A stretch of DNA of 64,000 nt. It comes from Lingula anatina (taxonomy: Eukaryota; Animalia; Brachiopoda). The stretch is from assembly GCA_051362555.1 (NCBI GenBank), contig CM120640.1, forward strand, positions 63,900,788 through 63,964,787, in the 5' to 3' direction. Below, piece after piece: positions 32,059 to 44,799 of the stretch. The notes below the pieces were generated by a model. The model was given only the letters and a program-made list of their open reading frames with translations, searched no databases and was not told where the DNA came from. Position 1 is the stretch's first letter; each line of letters opens with the position of its first letter. A program made the translations under genes and the position numbers.

Positions 32059-35000
32059 ATGGGGCTTTTTCAAGTAATATATCTGTTTTTGTCGATGCCG
32101 AGATTAATAATGTCAGTTATATGTCATGAACACATACCAAGGCTTCTTATTGTATCATACGATGGCTTCCGCTGGAATTATCTAACAAGAACACAGACAC
32201 CAAATTTCGACTACCTCATCGAAAAAGGTGTCAAGGCGAAGTGGATAAAAAATGTTTTTCCGACTGTAACATTCCCAAATCACTACACGATCGTCACAGG
32301 TTTATATCCAGAAAGCCATGGTATTGTTGGAAACACTATGTACGATCCGGCTTTCAAAGAAAACTTGTATTTGGAAACAATAGACACTGAAGAGCAATCA
32401 AAGAATGTAGAAAAATGGGTATCAAATAAAATTAATATACCAATCTGGCTGGAAAATCAAAAAGAGAGCAGCAAGCGACATAGTGGTAGCATTATGTGGC
32501 CATTGTCTGAAGTCCCAGTCGATGGACAACTACCAAAAAAGTTTGTGGACTATAACCAGAGTACAAGTCTTCAGGATAGAATTGATACTATAGTGGATTG
32601 GTTTCTTGATGAAGTTGAGCCCATTAATTTAGGACTGCTATATTACCATGAACCAGACAATGCAGGCCACATTTCTGGACCTGAATCTGAAAATGTGACA
32701 AATATGATTTCCTTTTTAGACAGTGCCACAGGCTATCTTATAGAGAAGTTAAAAGCAGCAAATTTATTTGATTCCATAAATATTATTCTTACCAGTGATC
32801 ATGGAATGACAGCAGTGTCAGATGAAAGAGTTATTTATCTTGATAAATATGCCAATCCTATGTTTTACCAGTTAGTAGGATATGGTGCATTTGGTAACAT
32901 ACTGCCTGTTGAAGGTGAGTTCTATATATGTAGAAGTAGAAACACTGACACTGGCTGTGCCATATATGTCTGTTCTTTCACCAGACTCTGTCCACATTGT
33001 AATGTAGTAACAGTGAACAGATATGTCTTGGGGTCTGTTTCATTTAGCACAAGAATTTAAGAATAGAGTTGCCATTTTTTTATCATGATTTAATATATTT
33101 GGATATTATAGGAAACACTAGGAAACATAGATAGGAAACACTACTGAATTCATATTTTGCTTCCATCTTGTGGTATATACTGGGTAGAGCAGTTTTAGAA
33201 ATGGCCTGAAAAACTTCCAAGTTAGCTATAAGAAATTAAAATATTCTGTAATTTAAAATATTATAAATGTCTATATTATAATCTTTGCCTCCACAATTTA
33301 GATATTACAAAGGTATAGATTAATTTACATAATTACAAAATCAGCTGAAAAGATGAGGAGTAATGCCATAAGCCATTTAATTAAAATATGCATTTGGAGT
33401 GTCATTTTATAATTATATCTAACTGTATTTAGGAAAAGAAGAGGAAGTTTATCAAAATTTGACAAAGGTGCCACATTTACATGTATATTTAAAAGAAGAT
33501 GTGCCTGAAGATTATCATTATAAAAACAATAGAAGGACACAACCCATTTTGGTGGAGCTAGAGTTGGGATGGTACTTCTGTCCAGATTCCTCTGAAAAAC
33601 TCGGTAACTTATTATTCTGCATCATCAAAGTATTTCAAGGTAGAGTAGACATGTTTTAGTACATACTGTTTACATGTAAAAGGTACAGGTATTTTAAATA
33701 TAAAAGAGGGATTTCTCTTTTTTTTCTTTATTTTTTTATGCTTTTTATGAGCTTTTTATAAACTGAGACTAGTGTTTCACTTTAAAAAATGCTGTTTTTT
33801 TTTCTCCAGATATTAAGGGCTCACATGGATACAACAACAGTTTTCCAGATATGCATCCTTACTTTATAGCTCATGGACCTGCTTTTAAAGAAGGTTTTGT
33901 GTCAGAAGAATTTAACAGTGTGGATATCTACTCTCTAATGTGTGCATTATTAGAGATAAAACCAAGTAATCCAGTAAATGGAAGCTTAGACAAAGTGAAG
34001 CATCTACTCAGAGGAGTCAATTCCAGCATGGATACAACTTTATTGACATGTTAGTATTGTACATGTACCTTGTTGAGTTTGTGTGTATTTGACAGGTGAG
34101 ATAACAAGATGATGTAATTTCAGGAACCTTTATTTACTGATGAATGGTAATAGGTGTGAAAAGAACTATGTGTACCAAAATAACATCTAGAATAGCAAAA
34201 TAACGTATTAAATAACTTGGGCCCCTTTTGCTCTAGCTTGTACAGAATCTAAAGGGTTTTCCTTAGTCCCCTTGTGTTGTTGTCTATCTTTTCTTTTTTT
34301 AAGAATCTAAGATGATCTGTTTTGACTTCTGAAATGGACAGATTATCTCTAAAGGGGTAGAATTTCCTCAACTCTTTCATTTGCAACCTTTACAGTTGGT
34401 TGATTATTCTTGAACGGGCACTCAAAGTGGGTCAGGTGTGAATTGTCAGCTGGTGCACACATAAATTAAACTCAGGCTTGCTAGCCTCTGCCTGTTTCTG
34501 AGGTTAACAGACTAAATTAAACTACACTCACATTGATAAAAAATGTTACAGTCCAGTCATTAAATATGTCACAAAATTGAACAAAATTAACATAGCTCCC
34601 CTTTTAATACAGTGCACCACTTTTTAGTAATTGGCCTAATTAAGGCTTCGTTCACATGCAATGTCTATTTTCTAAAAATCTATTTTCTATTTGCAGTATT
34701 TTGTAATCACGGTCTGTGCCCTGAATACCCTGCGGCGTAATTACTGGCAGCACCGAGAATTAATTACAGCTTTGGAAGTAACTGGCTCGCGCTGCCAGTA
34801 ATTACGCTGCGGGATGTTCAGGGCACAGACCGTGATCACAAGATATACCGCGAATAGAAAATAGATTTTTAGAAAATAGACATTGCATGTGAACGAAGCC
34901 TAAGACCATTGATCTTATGTTTTTATTTGGATGGAGCATATAGCTTGTCATCTCCTGGGTTAACTTGTATGATTCTGCCCAAGGGCCAATTATTTTGTGG

Positions 35001-36885
35001 CATGTGTTCCTCCACCAGTCATTCTTTATCTTCCTTAGACAGAATACATGTAGGTGGTGGTGTTTGCCATTTACCACCAAAAGGTGTCTGCCAAACATTG
35101 CATTTGATGCCAACTTCTAATGTAAGTGTTCTTCTGCACAGAGGAAGTGGAGGTTCATCATTCATTGTGAGCAAATGGCCTCCGTTGTCTGGGGTTATCA
35201 TCTTTGGCTGCCCTTGTCTTGCTGATTCTTTTGAGACCATTGTTGAAAGAGTCTTTGAGTGCATTCCCAGAGATTTAGATTTAGATTGACCTAACCCCCT
35301 GGGGGTTCACGCTAAATTGCAGTCAGCTGAGCGCGCACGATAGTTAATTACCCCCTTACAGCTTTTAGTAGGCGGGACAGACGCTTAAGCCGGCTAAGCT
35401 AACACAGTAATCTAGTGAAACTCCCCACAGGGATAGATCGATCTAAAATGTATGGGAATGGGGTCTTTGTCAAGACTCTCAAGAACTTTTATGTGTATGG
35501 CTCATGTTGTAAGGCAAGTTAAGATACATCCATACTGTTGCAATTCAAACCTATTTATTCGTTCATGGAAAAAAAAGACTTAAAACAGTATCATGATAGT
35601 GTGCAGAGGACCTTTTGTTGTAAGATGAGATGAGGAAATCTTACTAGTAATTTACTTTACATCGCATTATGATTTTTGCATTGTGCAAAGTGGGATTGTA
35701 CTATTTAATTGCAGCTATTATGTGCTATCTGGAAGTAGCCTTAGGTATCAGTCCTTTACTGCTTCACACAGATGGTATCGTAGAAATTTCAAGTATAACT
35801 GAAGTTCCTGTTTTTATTCAGCTTTTCTCTTTTGAAGTAAAAATATTTAAGTACATGCTTTAATAAGTTTTAAGTCATAATAACTCTTCGTTTTGGCCAA
35901 AAATTGGATTTTCCTGGAGTAAACGGCAATTTTCCCGTACTTACCAATGGTCAGCGACACCCTTCCTGCATTCAAAGTTAGTCCAGGGTTTTTTTCCTAA
36001 ACGTTTGATTTTTTGTTAAAATGTCTTAAGAGATTTTAACTGACGGAGCCCTCTCTGACATTGCATAGTCACGCAATATCGAGCAATATTTTCTGGTGAC
36101 CTACTTAAAACTGCAGGAAAAGAAGACAACAACAACACTATTTTCTGTATATAACAATAATATAAGATTCATAAGATATATTCGTCTTATTGCTCAAAAT
36201 GTATTTATACATATCTACAATGTGTGCAATGTATTTATACGTATCTACAATGTGTGCAATTCTGGGCTTTTCGTTATTCGACGCACTGTACAAAAACTCA
36301 CAACTTACGTCTGTGGTTTGCATCATGCGTATGGCGCCAAATGTTATTTTGGTCTCGAATGAACGCGAGAATCCGTGTGACACTCCAACGTCATTGGCAA
36401 CGGATGCCTTGACGACCGGGAAGAAAGGCATCAAAAGCCCCATTGACAAGCACAGATTTTAGTTTTACTACAATAACAGCCGTTTTAGTGGTAAAATGCA
36501 ATAGAATATATCTCCATGCGTTGTTTACAAGTATTTCTTGCGGAATTTTGAAACTCAAGGAAGAGTTATTATTGCTTTAAGGTTTAATTGTTTTTGCTAA
36601 ATGTAAGAATTGAGTTAATGATGGTAGTAAAATTTAGAATATTATTTTATTATACAGCTTATGGGATAATGGTTTCTACTTTTTCCTTTCTTTTTAGATG
36701 CATTGGCAATAGTTTTTGTTACAACCATTGCAGGAGTGTTTTCAATAAGTGCGTGCAGGCACCAACATCGTTATAATAAAGTCAGCCTTTGTCACAGCAG
36801 GACAATGAAAACTAATGTTAGCGGAATGGAATCATTGGATTCATGTCAACACTTACTGAAATCTTTGTCAGATGATGAGCTTTGA
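32059..36885 (+). CDS. Ectonucleotide pyrophosphatase/phosphodiesterase, ENPP4/ENPP5-like, copy 1, about 484 aa
   Basis: Exons 32059-32914, 33433-33603, 33810-34049, 36698-36885. Signal peptide, SYDGFRW, PTVTFPNH (catalytic Thr), TGLYPESHGIV, EPDNAGH, TSDHGM, GSHGY, and a C-terminal TM helix. Confidence 0.94.
34644..34900. mobile_element. Fully palindromic PIF/Harbinger-type MITE
   Basis: Arms of about 110 bp, GGCTTCGTTCACATGCAATGTCTATTTTC... / ...GAAAATAGACATTGCATGTGAACGAAGCC; TAA TSD. Confidence 0.88.
34935..35250 (-). mobile_element. Degenerate BEL/Pao LTR-retrotransposon fragment (post-integrase DUF5641-like region)
   Basis: Frameshifted peptides RSWHQMQCLADTFW and LVEEHMPQNNWPLGRIIQVNPGDDKL resemble the BEL/Pao motifs W..VQ.LAD.FW and WPLGRI..V.PG.DG. 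Confidence 0.7.
35257..35465. mobile_element. PIF/Harbinger-type MITE-A copy in ENPP copy 1 intron 3
   Basis: TTT TSD; GAGTGCATTCCCAGAGA ... ATGGGAATGGGGTC. Confidence 0.85.
35869..36580. mobile_element. Kolobok-type MITE, long form, inverted relative to 12783-13390
   Basis: Reverse-complement similarity over the whole length; ends GAAGAGTTATTATTGCT-TTAA; small internal tandem duplication near 36200-36260. Confidence 0.85.
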
Positions 36886-37169
36886 TTTAGAGTGAAAAAG
36901 CAGTACTGGGAACAAAAACCAAAAGATCTTAATGACAAATACCAGTGCTTAATTGTCCCCTTTACCTTTTACAGTAGTGTTTGGCACATTTCCGGTTTTC
37001 AGCAGATTCAAGTTTAAAGTACTTTTTCCTTACCCCTCTTCTATATTTTAGCTTGTAAATGGTAGTGGGTTTTAGACACAGGCCTTAAGGTTTGGAAATA
37101 TTCTTTGTTTAAGAGGGTTTAAATAATTATGTTGACAAAAAACCAGAATGATAAGTACGGAATCATGTA

Positions 37170-37356
37170 TAAAGTCTCTCTCAGAGATTATTACAAAGGG
37201 TAGCCATCTTTGGAGGCCATATGGTCTGATGGTAAGCACAGATTTCAGAATAATTGCAATAACTGCCATTTGGTGGTAAAATGAATTTATTATATATTTC
37301 TGGGAGTTGTTTACAATGCATTTATTGTGACAGAGAGAGAGTTGTACTCCCTTTAA
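37170..37356. mobile_element. Old degenerate Kolobok-type MITE fragment downstream of ENPP copy 1
   Basis: TAGCCATC..TGGAGG, CAGAT.TCAGAATAAT.GC.ATAACTGCC.TTT.GTGGTAAAA and a CCCTTTAA end match the short family. Confidence 0.6.
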
Positions 37357-39001
37357 ATAAGCTGTCAAGGTTTTATGTAATAACTGTAAATGCTAAAAAC
37401 TGTCTTTTGAAAGACTAAAATTTGTATGTGATTCCATGTGCATATATGATCTACCATCAATGGGCAAGACCTGGATATATATATATATATATATATGTTT
37501 AATTTTTTTGAATATCTAAGAATTTCATTTGCCATTTGGAAATTTTACCATTGTCTCAGATTAAATATTAAAAAAAAATCTATCTAGTCTACTACCATAT
37601 TTCCCAGTTGTTCAGCAAACATTGCTCAAACATGTTTATTGATGATACAGTGTACATGTATCTACAGTGAAAATGGCATTTTTATGTTGAATTTTACAAA
37701 ATATGTCTCAGATGTTAGATTTTATAAAAAAAATTGACTCAGATTGGTAAACAGTGTACTCGTCACAATTTTGTAGCACAGCAATGTGTAGAGATGTTAA
37801 TTTATGAAGTATGTATATGTGCCATGTGTAATGTGATATTTTACAATCTCCAGGAACAGCATATTTATTAAATTTTTTGTGCGTGTAGGCTATGGTAAAA
37901 TGTGGTGAATAGTTTTTTATGAACAGGGTTTTTTTCATACAAGGTACAGTAAATGGTATTTCTGTATTATATATGATGTTGTTGGTTTTCAATATTCTAT
38001 ACACTTTTTATTGTATGTTTAAATGACTGACTTTAAATCTCTGTTAACTTTTTACTGTTTATTATTGAAGTAAAAGGGGTTTCGGAAATGTTGTACAGGT
38101 ATAGGAAAATATATGCATGCCCTTGCCTTAATACAGTATTTCCTTTTTATTATCCTAGAAATATTTCTGTCATGTGCTGGATGTAGTTTAGATGACTAAG
38201 TCCAGTGAAGAAGTTTTTTTTAATAATTTAGAAAGTGGACAGTTCAGAAAACAGTATGGCAAAAACAATACTCATTACAAATCTCAAAGCTGTGATAATT
38301 GCCACCAATCATTACTCAGTACATGGTACCCCAAAACTGTTTATTATCAAAATGATGAGACCTTGCATGATACACCTTATTCATGATACCACCAGTTAAT
38401 TAGTGAAATATACATTTAAAGCCTGCTGTGGTTTGGTCCCTAAACTGCAGTTGCTTACACATACCAGTAAAAAACTGAAATGCTGTTGTATATGTTTGCT
38501 TTAGAAATTCAAATCTGATTGTGTAGCCAATAATGTTAAGTAAAGAATATTTTTTATTAGCATTAATTCACATTTAAAAAGAGGAATGAATTTAAAAAGA
38601 TGATAACGTTAGACCAATTTAAATGAAGGAATAAGAATTCCTTGTTTAGACCAAGACTAAATTTTGTCTGCTCAGAATGCATTAAAGAAGCATATTAAGT
38701 GTCGAGAACATGCCTTGTAACATAACATAATAGTACTGCAACAAAAATAATCATGTTTAGAGCATAAACTCCCTTTTTTTTTGTTAATGATTTACATGTA
38801 CCACCCAACTTGTTTTTGCACATATGGTGGCCAAGCGTAGTTGACAGATTCACTACTTTATTGTATGGTGTGAGATAGTGATCAGTTTCCTACTTTTAAA
38901 TAAAAACTTTGTAACTCAGGGTCCTACTTTTGAGTAAAAATTTTGTAACTAAAAATGATACCATGAAAATTGGCATGGTTGACAACTAGAGTGATTTTAA
39001 T

Positions 39002-39034
<33 letters not shown>

Positions 39035-39962
39035 GGAAGTAAAAATTAAAATGTTCAATTGAACAACAAACATTATTTTACCTCTTTTCTGATGAAGTCA
39101 GAAGTAAGGCTTTCAAGAAAATTAACTGGCACCAGCTTCTAGTACTGTAACAGTTGTGATTACTTGGTAGTACTTTTTTTGGGGGGGGGGGGTGGAGGGG
39201 GGCTTCCAGTGTAGATTTATAAAATTTGCTCAGGTCCTGGGGAATCGGGGTGCATTTTCACAATGAATCTATCTGACAAGCTACTGTGGACTAACTCTAT
39301 AGGGGCTCTCACTTACTAAATGCAATCAAATTGACAAATTAACATGCCTCTCGTATAGTTATCACCAGCCTTTCTGTATTCTACTTATTGCAAACCCAAA
39401 AGGAGTATTAAAACCACATAAAGTAGGATTTTTAAAAAATGCATTCTTAGTGCATGGATCTCTTCATGTCGAACTTATCTGAAACTTTTCAAACATAAAA
39501 TGTCCAACCTCAGTAGTCAGCCATCTTGACACCGTTTAAAAAGAGCATGACTGTCTGCGAAAGTCTTGTGATACCTGGAAGTCATATCAATGGAAATGAA
39601 CGGCATATTTGGGAAACCTCTGCTTATGTGCAAGTTTAATTTTTGGGCTTATTCCCAAATTGTTACAGAATTATGGCAAGAGTCAGGAAAGAAAGATTGA
39701 AGGTAGGTTAATCAGGGGAAATGCCGTTTACCCTTGGATAATTTGTTAAATATGAATTTTGGCACCCTTAACTGATTGTATGAGAGTCCCTGTGGAGTTA
39801 GAGGGCAGCAGTTAGTACTATATAGATTCATTGTGAATGCACCCAGAAACACCTTTTATTTAAAATTAAAATTTATTCACCATTTCAAAGTATGTACAAG
39901 TTAAGTAAAACATAATGTTGATCAAAAAATGTCACAATATCAGTTTTTTGTTCTTCTCTAAA

Positions 39963-40324
39963 TTAAAGGGATAATAACTTTTTGTTTTGGCCAAAAAATG
40001 AATTTTCCTGGAGTAAACAACAATTTTCCCATATTTACCAATGGTTATTGAATCCATTTCTACATTCAAAGTTAGTCCTTGTTTTTTTTTTTTTTCTAAT
40101 AAGTTTTTTTTTTTTTTTTTTTTGTAATAATCTCTTAAGAGATTATAACAGAGTATATAGCCATCTATGGAGGTCACGAGGTCTGATGACAAGGTCAGAT
40201 ATCAGAATAATAGCTATAACTGCTGTTTTAGTGGTAAAACAGAATATATTATATTTCTATGAGTTGTTTACAATGTTTTTATTGTGAAATAAAGATCTCA
40301 TGCAAAGTTTTATTATCCCTTTAA
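39963..40324. mobile_element. Kolobok-type MITE, short form
   Basis: TTAA-AGGGATAATAACT ... TTATTATCCCT-TTAA; matches the copies at 55638 and 57589. Confidence 0.85.
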
Positions 40325-40600
40325 TATAAATGAATAACATACTTAGCAACCATTATCTTTTTTATACAAATATATGTCTCTGTTTTTTTCTCTGGTAAGT
40401 TTTTCACAATTCATTGATTTCCAATTTTAAAAATATGGAAACTCAGAAACACTTGATAGGCCATTCACACCCACTGCCACAGCTGTATGCTTTTACTAAT
40501 TGTTCAACTAACTTAAATATGGTCTCGTCTTGATTAGTACACATGCCAAGATTACCCTTTCTGACACAGAAGCAGGTGCTTGATCATTTATGACTGGAAT

Positions 40601-43600
40601 ATGGAAAGATTTCAAGTAACGGTATTAGTTTTGTTGTACGCAGTACTTATTATAACATCAGTCATATGTCATGAAGATATACCAAGACTACTCATTGTGT
40701 CATACGATGGCTTCCGCTGGAATTATCTAACAAGAACACCGACACCGAATTTCGACTACCTCATCGAAAAAGGTGTCAAGGCAGAATGGATAAAAAATGC
40801 ATTTCCAACTAAAACATTTCCAAATCACTACACTATCGTCACTGGTTTATATCCAGAAAGTCATGGGATTGTTGGAAACACTATGTATGATCCGGTATTC
40901 AAAGAGCGTGTATATTTAAAAGACGCAAGTACTGCTGAACAGGCTAAGAATTTTGAAAAATGGGTGTCAAATAAACTTAATATGCCCATCTGGCTGGAAA
41001 ATCAAAAAGACAGCAGCAAACGGTATAGTGGTAGCATGATGTGGCCATTTTCTGAAGTCCCAGTCGATGGACAACTCCCAAAAAAGTTTGTGGACTATAA
41101 CCAGAGTACAAGTATTCAGGATAGAATTGATACTATAGTGGATTGGTTTCTTGATGAAGATGAGCCTATTAATTTAGGACTGCTATATTACCATGAACCA
41201 GATCGTACTGGACATAACTGTGGACCTGAATCTGAAAATGTGACAAATATGATTTCCTTTTTAGATAGTGCCACAGGCTATCTTATAGAGAAGTTAAAAA
41301 GAAAAAATTTATTTGATTCCACAAATATTATTCTTACCAGTGATCATGGAATGACAACAGTGTCAGATGAAAAAATTGTATATCTTGATAAATATGCAGA
41401 CCCTGCTTGTTACCAGGCTGTAGGATATGGTGCATTTGGTAACATAATACCTGTTGAAGGTGAGTTTAAGATACATGTAGGTTCAAACAATCAGTTAAGC
41501 ACCCATTTTCCTGTTTTAATTGTAATACTAAAATTTACCATACAATAGACAAAAATGATAGACTTACATTTCTCATTAAGTTTGAATATGATAAGTATGG
41601 CTTTTCGCCTTTAAATTCCGTGACACATTTTCATATCATGCTCCTATTATTTCTACAAGTATTCTCTGCCCCAAATGCATAAAGATAAAATGTTATCTTT
41701 TGTGTTGTTAAAATAACTGCTTTTTTCTCAATAAAACCCTCATTCCCATTCACCTCCAGCTAAAAATGACCACTCAGGTTCATGTCTTACACCACTACAT
41801 GTCACTTCTGGCACAATCCGTCTCCTCCGGTACCCTTTATTGCTATCAACTTAACCGGCTTCAATGTCTGTCAAGCCTAATAAAGCTGTTAGGGGGTAAT
41901 TATCTTTACCATAGCTGATTCAGTGATTATAAAAATGTGAAAATGAGTCGGATTAACTTTTCCAGCTCCCAGTGTCAAAAGCACCAGTAGTAACTTACAG
42001 CACTACCCTTTGCCTATATATCAAGGACTGTTGTAATTAAAATGACAACAAAGTAAGAACTGATATTTTCAATCCCAACTGGGAATGTCTAAATTTGTAT
42101 AATATATCTCTCTTTTATATTCAGGGAAAGAAAAGGAAGTTTATCAAAATTTGTCAAAGGCACCACATCTGCATGTATATTTAAAGAAAGATGTGCCTGA
42201 AGATTATCATTATAAACACAATAGAAGGATACAACCTATTGTGGTGGAACCAGATTTAGGATGGTTCTTTTTTCCTAATTCCTCACAAAAATTGGGTAAG
42301 TTTTGATTGCTCTGTATTAAAACAAGGTATAATTTCTAGAAAGCTGGGTCTGAATGTTATAGTTGATGTTTATTTTAGGTAAAAGAATGTACTAGTATAC
42401 TTACTTTGCTCTTTCCTTAACAATATGTAGATGTACAACCTTGTCTAACACATTCTCATTGATAGTACTTATTGCTTGGTTAATGGATAGGAAATCTATG
42501 ATATCAGGAAAGGTTTGGGGAGTAAAGGGTCAATCCATGATTTTCCTGCCAAAATTAATTTTAGAAGTTCTCGCCCCATGTTTGAAAATCCTCAGCAGTC
42601 ATATTTATGTCCTGTAAAGCTTCTTACATTTCCTCAATTCAGACTCTTAAGGCTATAAAACCCTTTATATAACAGTAAATCTGAAGTGTACCTTGACGTT
42701 TAGTCGTGCTCATCTTCTCAGCCTCCTTGGGTAGCCATTGCCAGCTTGCAACATCTGTATTATACTGTACATGGTATGGCCACAATACAGAAAAAAAGGC
42801 AAGTGGTGTGACAGCAGATGTCATTACTTTGACTGGCCTGTCATTTGTAAACTTAAGTTCTAAATTAGAAATAGAATAAAACATCAAATCCAAGTACGGA
42901 GGCAGGTCAAACAATAATTTGTGAATAGGAGAAAATTCCTCTTTACCCTAGTAAAATTCATTTTGGCAGGAAAATTCCATGAAGTCAGTGCCTTTAAACA
43001 TTCAATTTCAAAGAGAATACCTTGTGTTATTTTCAGATATTAAGGGTCAACATGGATACAACAACAGCCTTCCGGATATGCATCCTTACTTTATAGCTCA
43101 TGGACCTGCTTTTAAAAAAGGTTTTTTGTCAAAAGAGTTTAACAATGTGGACATCTACCCTCTAATGTGCAAGTTATTAGAGATAAAACCAAGTAATCCA
43201 GTGAATGGAAGCTTAGACAATGTGAACCATCTTCTCACAGGAGCCAATTCCAGCATGGATACAACTTTATTGACATGTTAGTATTATACTCGTTTCTTGA
43301 CAGGCCAGGAGAGGGGCAAACTACTCCCTAGACCAGAATTTGATTAACACCAAGCCATGTCTATTATAAAGCCCACATGAAAATGCAGTAGTATCGAAGT
43401 AGCAAAGAAGCATTAACGCAGTAGTGGTGTGGAGCATATTTGCAGTAGAAATGCAGTATAGCCTACTGAAATTCTACTCCAAAAAGTACATAGGTTTGTA
43501 CAGAGAGGAGCATTAATGCAGTAGATTAGCAGCATGACAGAAGCATGTCTCAAATATGCTAATTAGCTCCCAAATCGAAGCAGATTTGAGGCATGTTTGC

Positions 43601-44799
43601 AGTATGATTGCAGTAGTCTACTGCGCTAGAGTATCTACTGCGTTTTCGTGCGGGAATATGTCTATTATCAACTAAAGGGGTGAAAAGGTCCATTTTTTAA
43701 AAGTAAAACACCCTTTGAAATTGCTGGCTACTGTATGATGGTTATGATAGTCCCCAGACAGCAAAGATGGGATTGTAGAAATAATTGACCACCGGGTAAT
43801 TCATCTCGAGTAGGACATACGAAACCATGTTTTGCTGTTTGCAAGTCTAGTCAAAGGGAGCATGCAAACTCTTAGGGTGCATTCCCAGAGATTTTGATCG
43901 ATCCAGAGATTTAGATTTAGATCGACCTAACTCCCTGGGGGATCACACTAAATTGCAGTTGGCGGAGCGCGCACCATAGTTAATTACCCCCTTACAGCTT
44001 TTAGTAGGCGGGACAGACGCTTAAGCCGGCTAAGCTGACAGTAATCTAGTGAGACTCCCCACAGGGATAGATCGATCTAAAATCTATGGGAATGGGGTCT
44101 TATGTCCTAGACCCCATTCCTATACCTACTGATCTAGCAGGATAAACCCATCTCCAAGGGGTTTCTTGCTAAATTGCACCCAGCTTAAGTAGCTCTGATG
44201 TCTGGCATTCCTACTGAAGCTATTAGGCAGTACATAACTATCGTTTAAGAGCTTCAGTAGTCATGCTGGACATCTAAGGTGATTACTAGTAAGCTGAATG
44301 TAATTTAGGGTGAATCCCCTTGGAGATGGGTTGATCTTGCTAGATCAACTAGGTATGGAAATGGGGTCCTAGATCTCAAATAAACTGTTATATATAACTG
44401 AGTTCAATAACACATTTGACATAATTCTGGTTTTATATGCGACTATTTAATGTTTTGACATTGAAATATCATTTACTTTTTGAATAATTTGTTTAAAGTT
44501 ATATTTGCTATCATTGGACTGCAGAAGCTGTATTTGATTTTAAGTTTAATGGAAAAGCTGTTCTTGAATTTCATTTTATGTTACCTAAATGTCTTTTCTT
44601 TCTTTTTTCAGATGCTATTATGATTGTATTTGTTGCCACTATAGCAGGGGTATTTTCAATTTTTGCATGCAGGCAACAACATCGGTATCATAAAGTCATC
44701 CTTCGGCACAGCAGGGTGGTCAAAGCTAATATCAATGGGATGGAATCATTGGATTCAGCCCAGCACTTGTTGAATCCCATTTCAGATGATGAGCTTTAA
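40601..44799 (+). CDS. Ectonucleotide pyrophosphatase/phosphodiesterase, ENPP4/ENPP5-like, copy 2, about 485 aa
   Basis: Exons 40601-41459, 42125-42295, 43037-43276, 44612-44799, same structure as copy 1. PTKTFPNH, EPDRTGH, TSDHGM, GQHGY, TM helix; ends SDDEL*. Confidence 0.94.
42535..42981. mobile_element. Probable MITE
   Basis: Inverted termini ATTTTCCTGCCAAAATTAATTTTA / TAAAATTCATTTTGGCAGGAAAAT; TSD not resolved. Confidence 0.55.
43372..43654. mobile_element. MITE with CCC...GGG termini (possibly EnSpm/CACTA-type)
   Basis: CCCACATGAAAATGCAGTAG ... CTACTGCGTTTTCGTGCGGG; internal repeats of TGCAGTA. Confidence 0.6.
43875..44099. mobile_element. PIF/Harbinger-type MITE-A copy in ENPP copy 2 intron 3
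   Basis: TTA TSD; GGGTGCATTCCCAGAGA ... TCTATGGGAATGGGGTC. Confidence 0.88.
44110..44368. mobile_element. Palindromic PIF/Harbinger-type MITE adjacent to MITE-A
   Basis: CTA TSD; GACCCCATTCCTATACCTA...AACCCATCTCCAAGGGG / CCCCTTGGAGATGGGTT...TAGGTATGGAAATGGGGTC. Confidence 0.85.
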
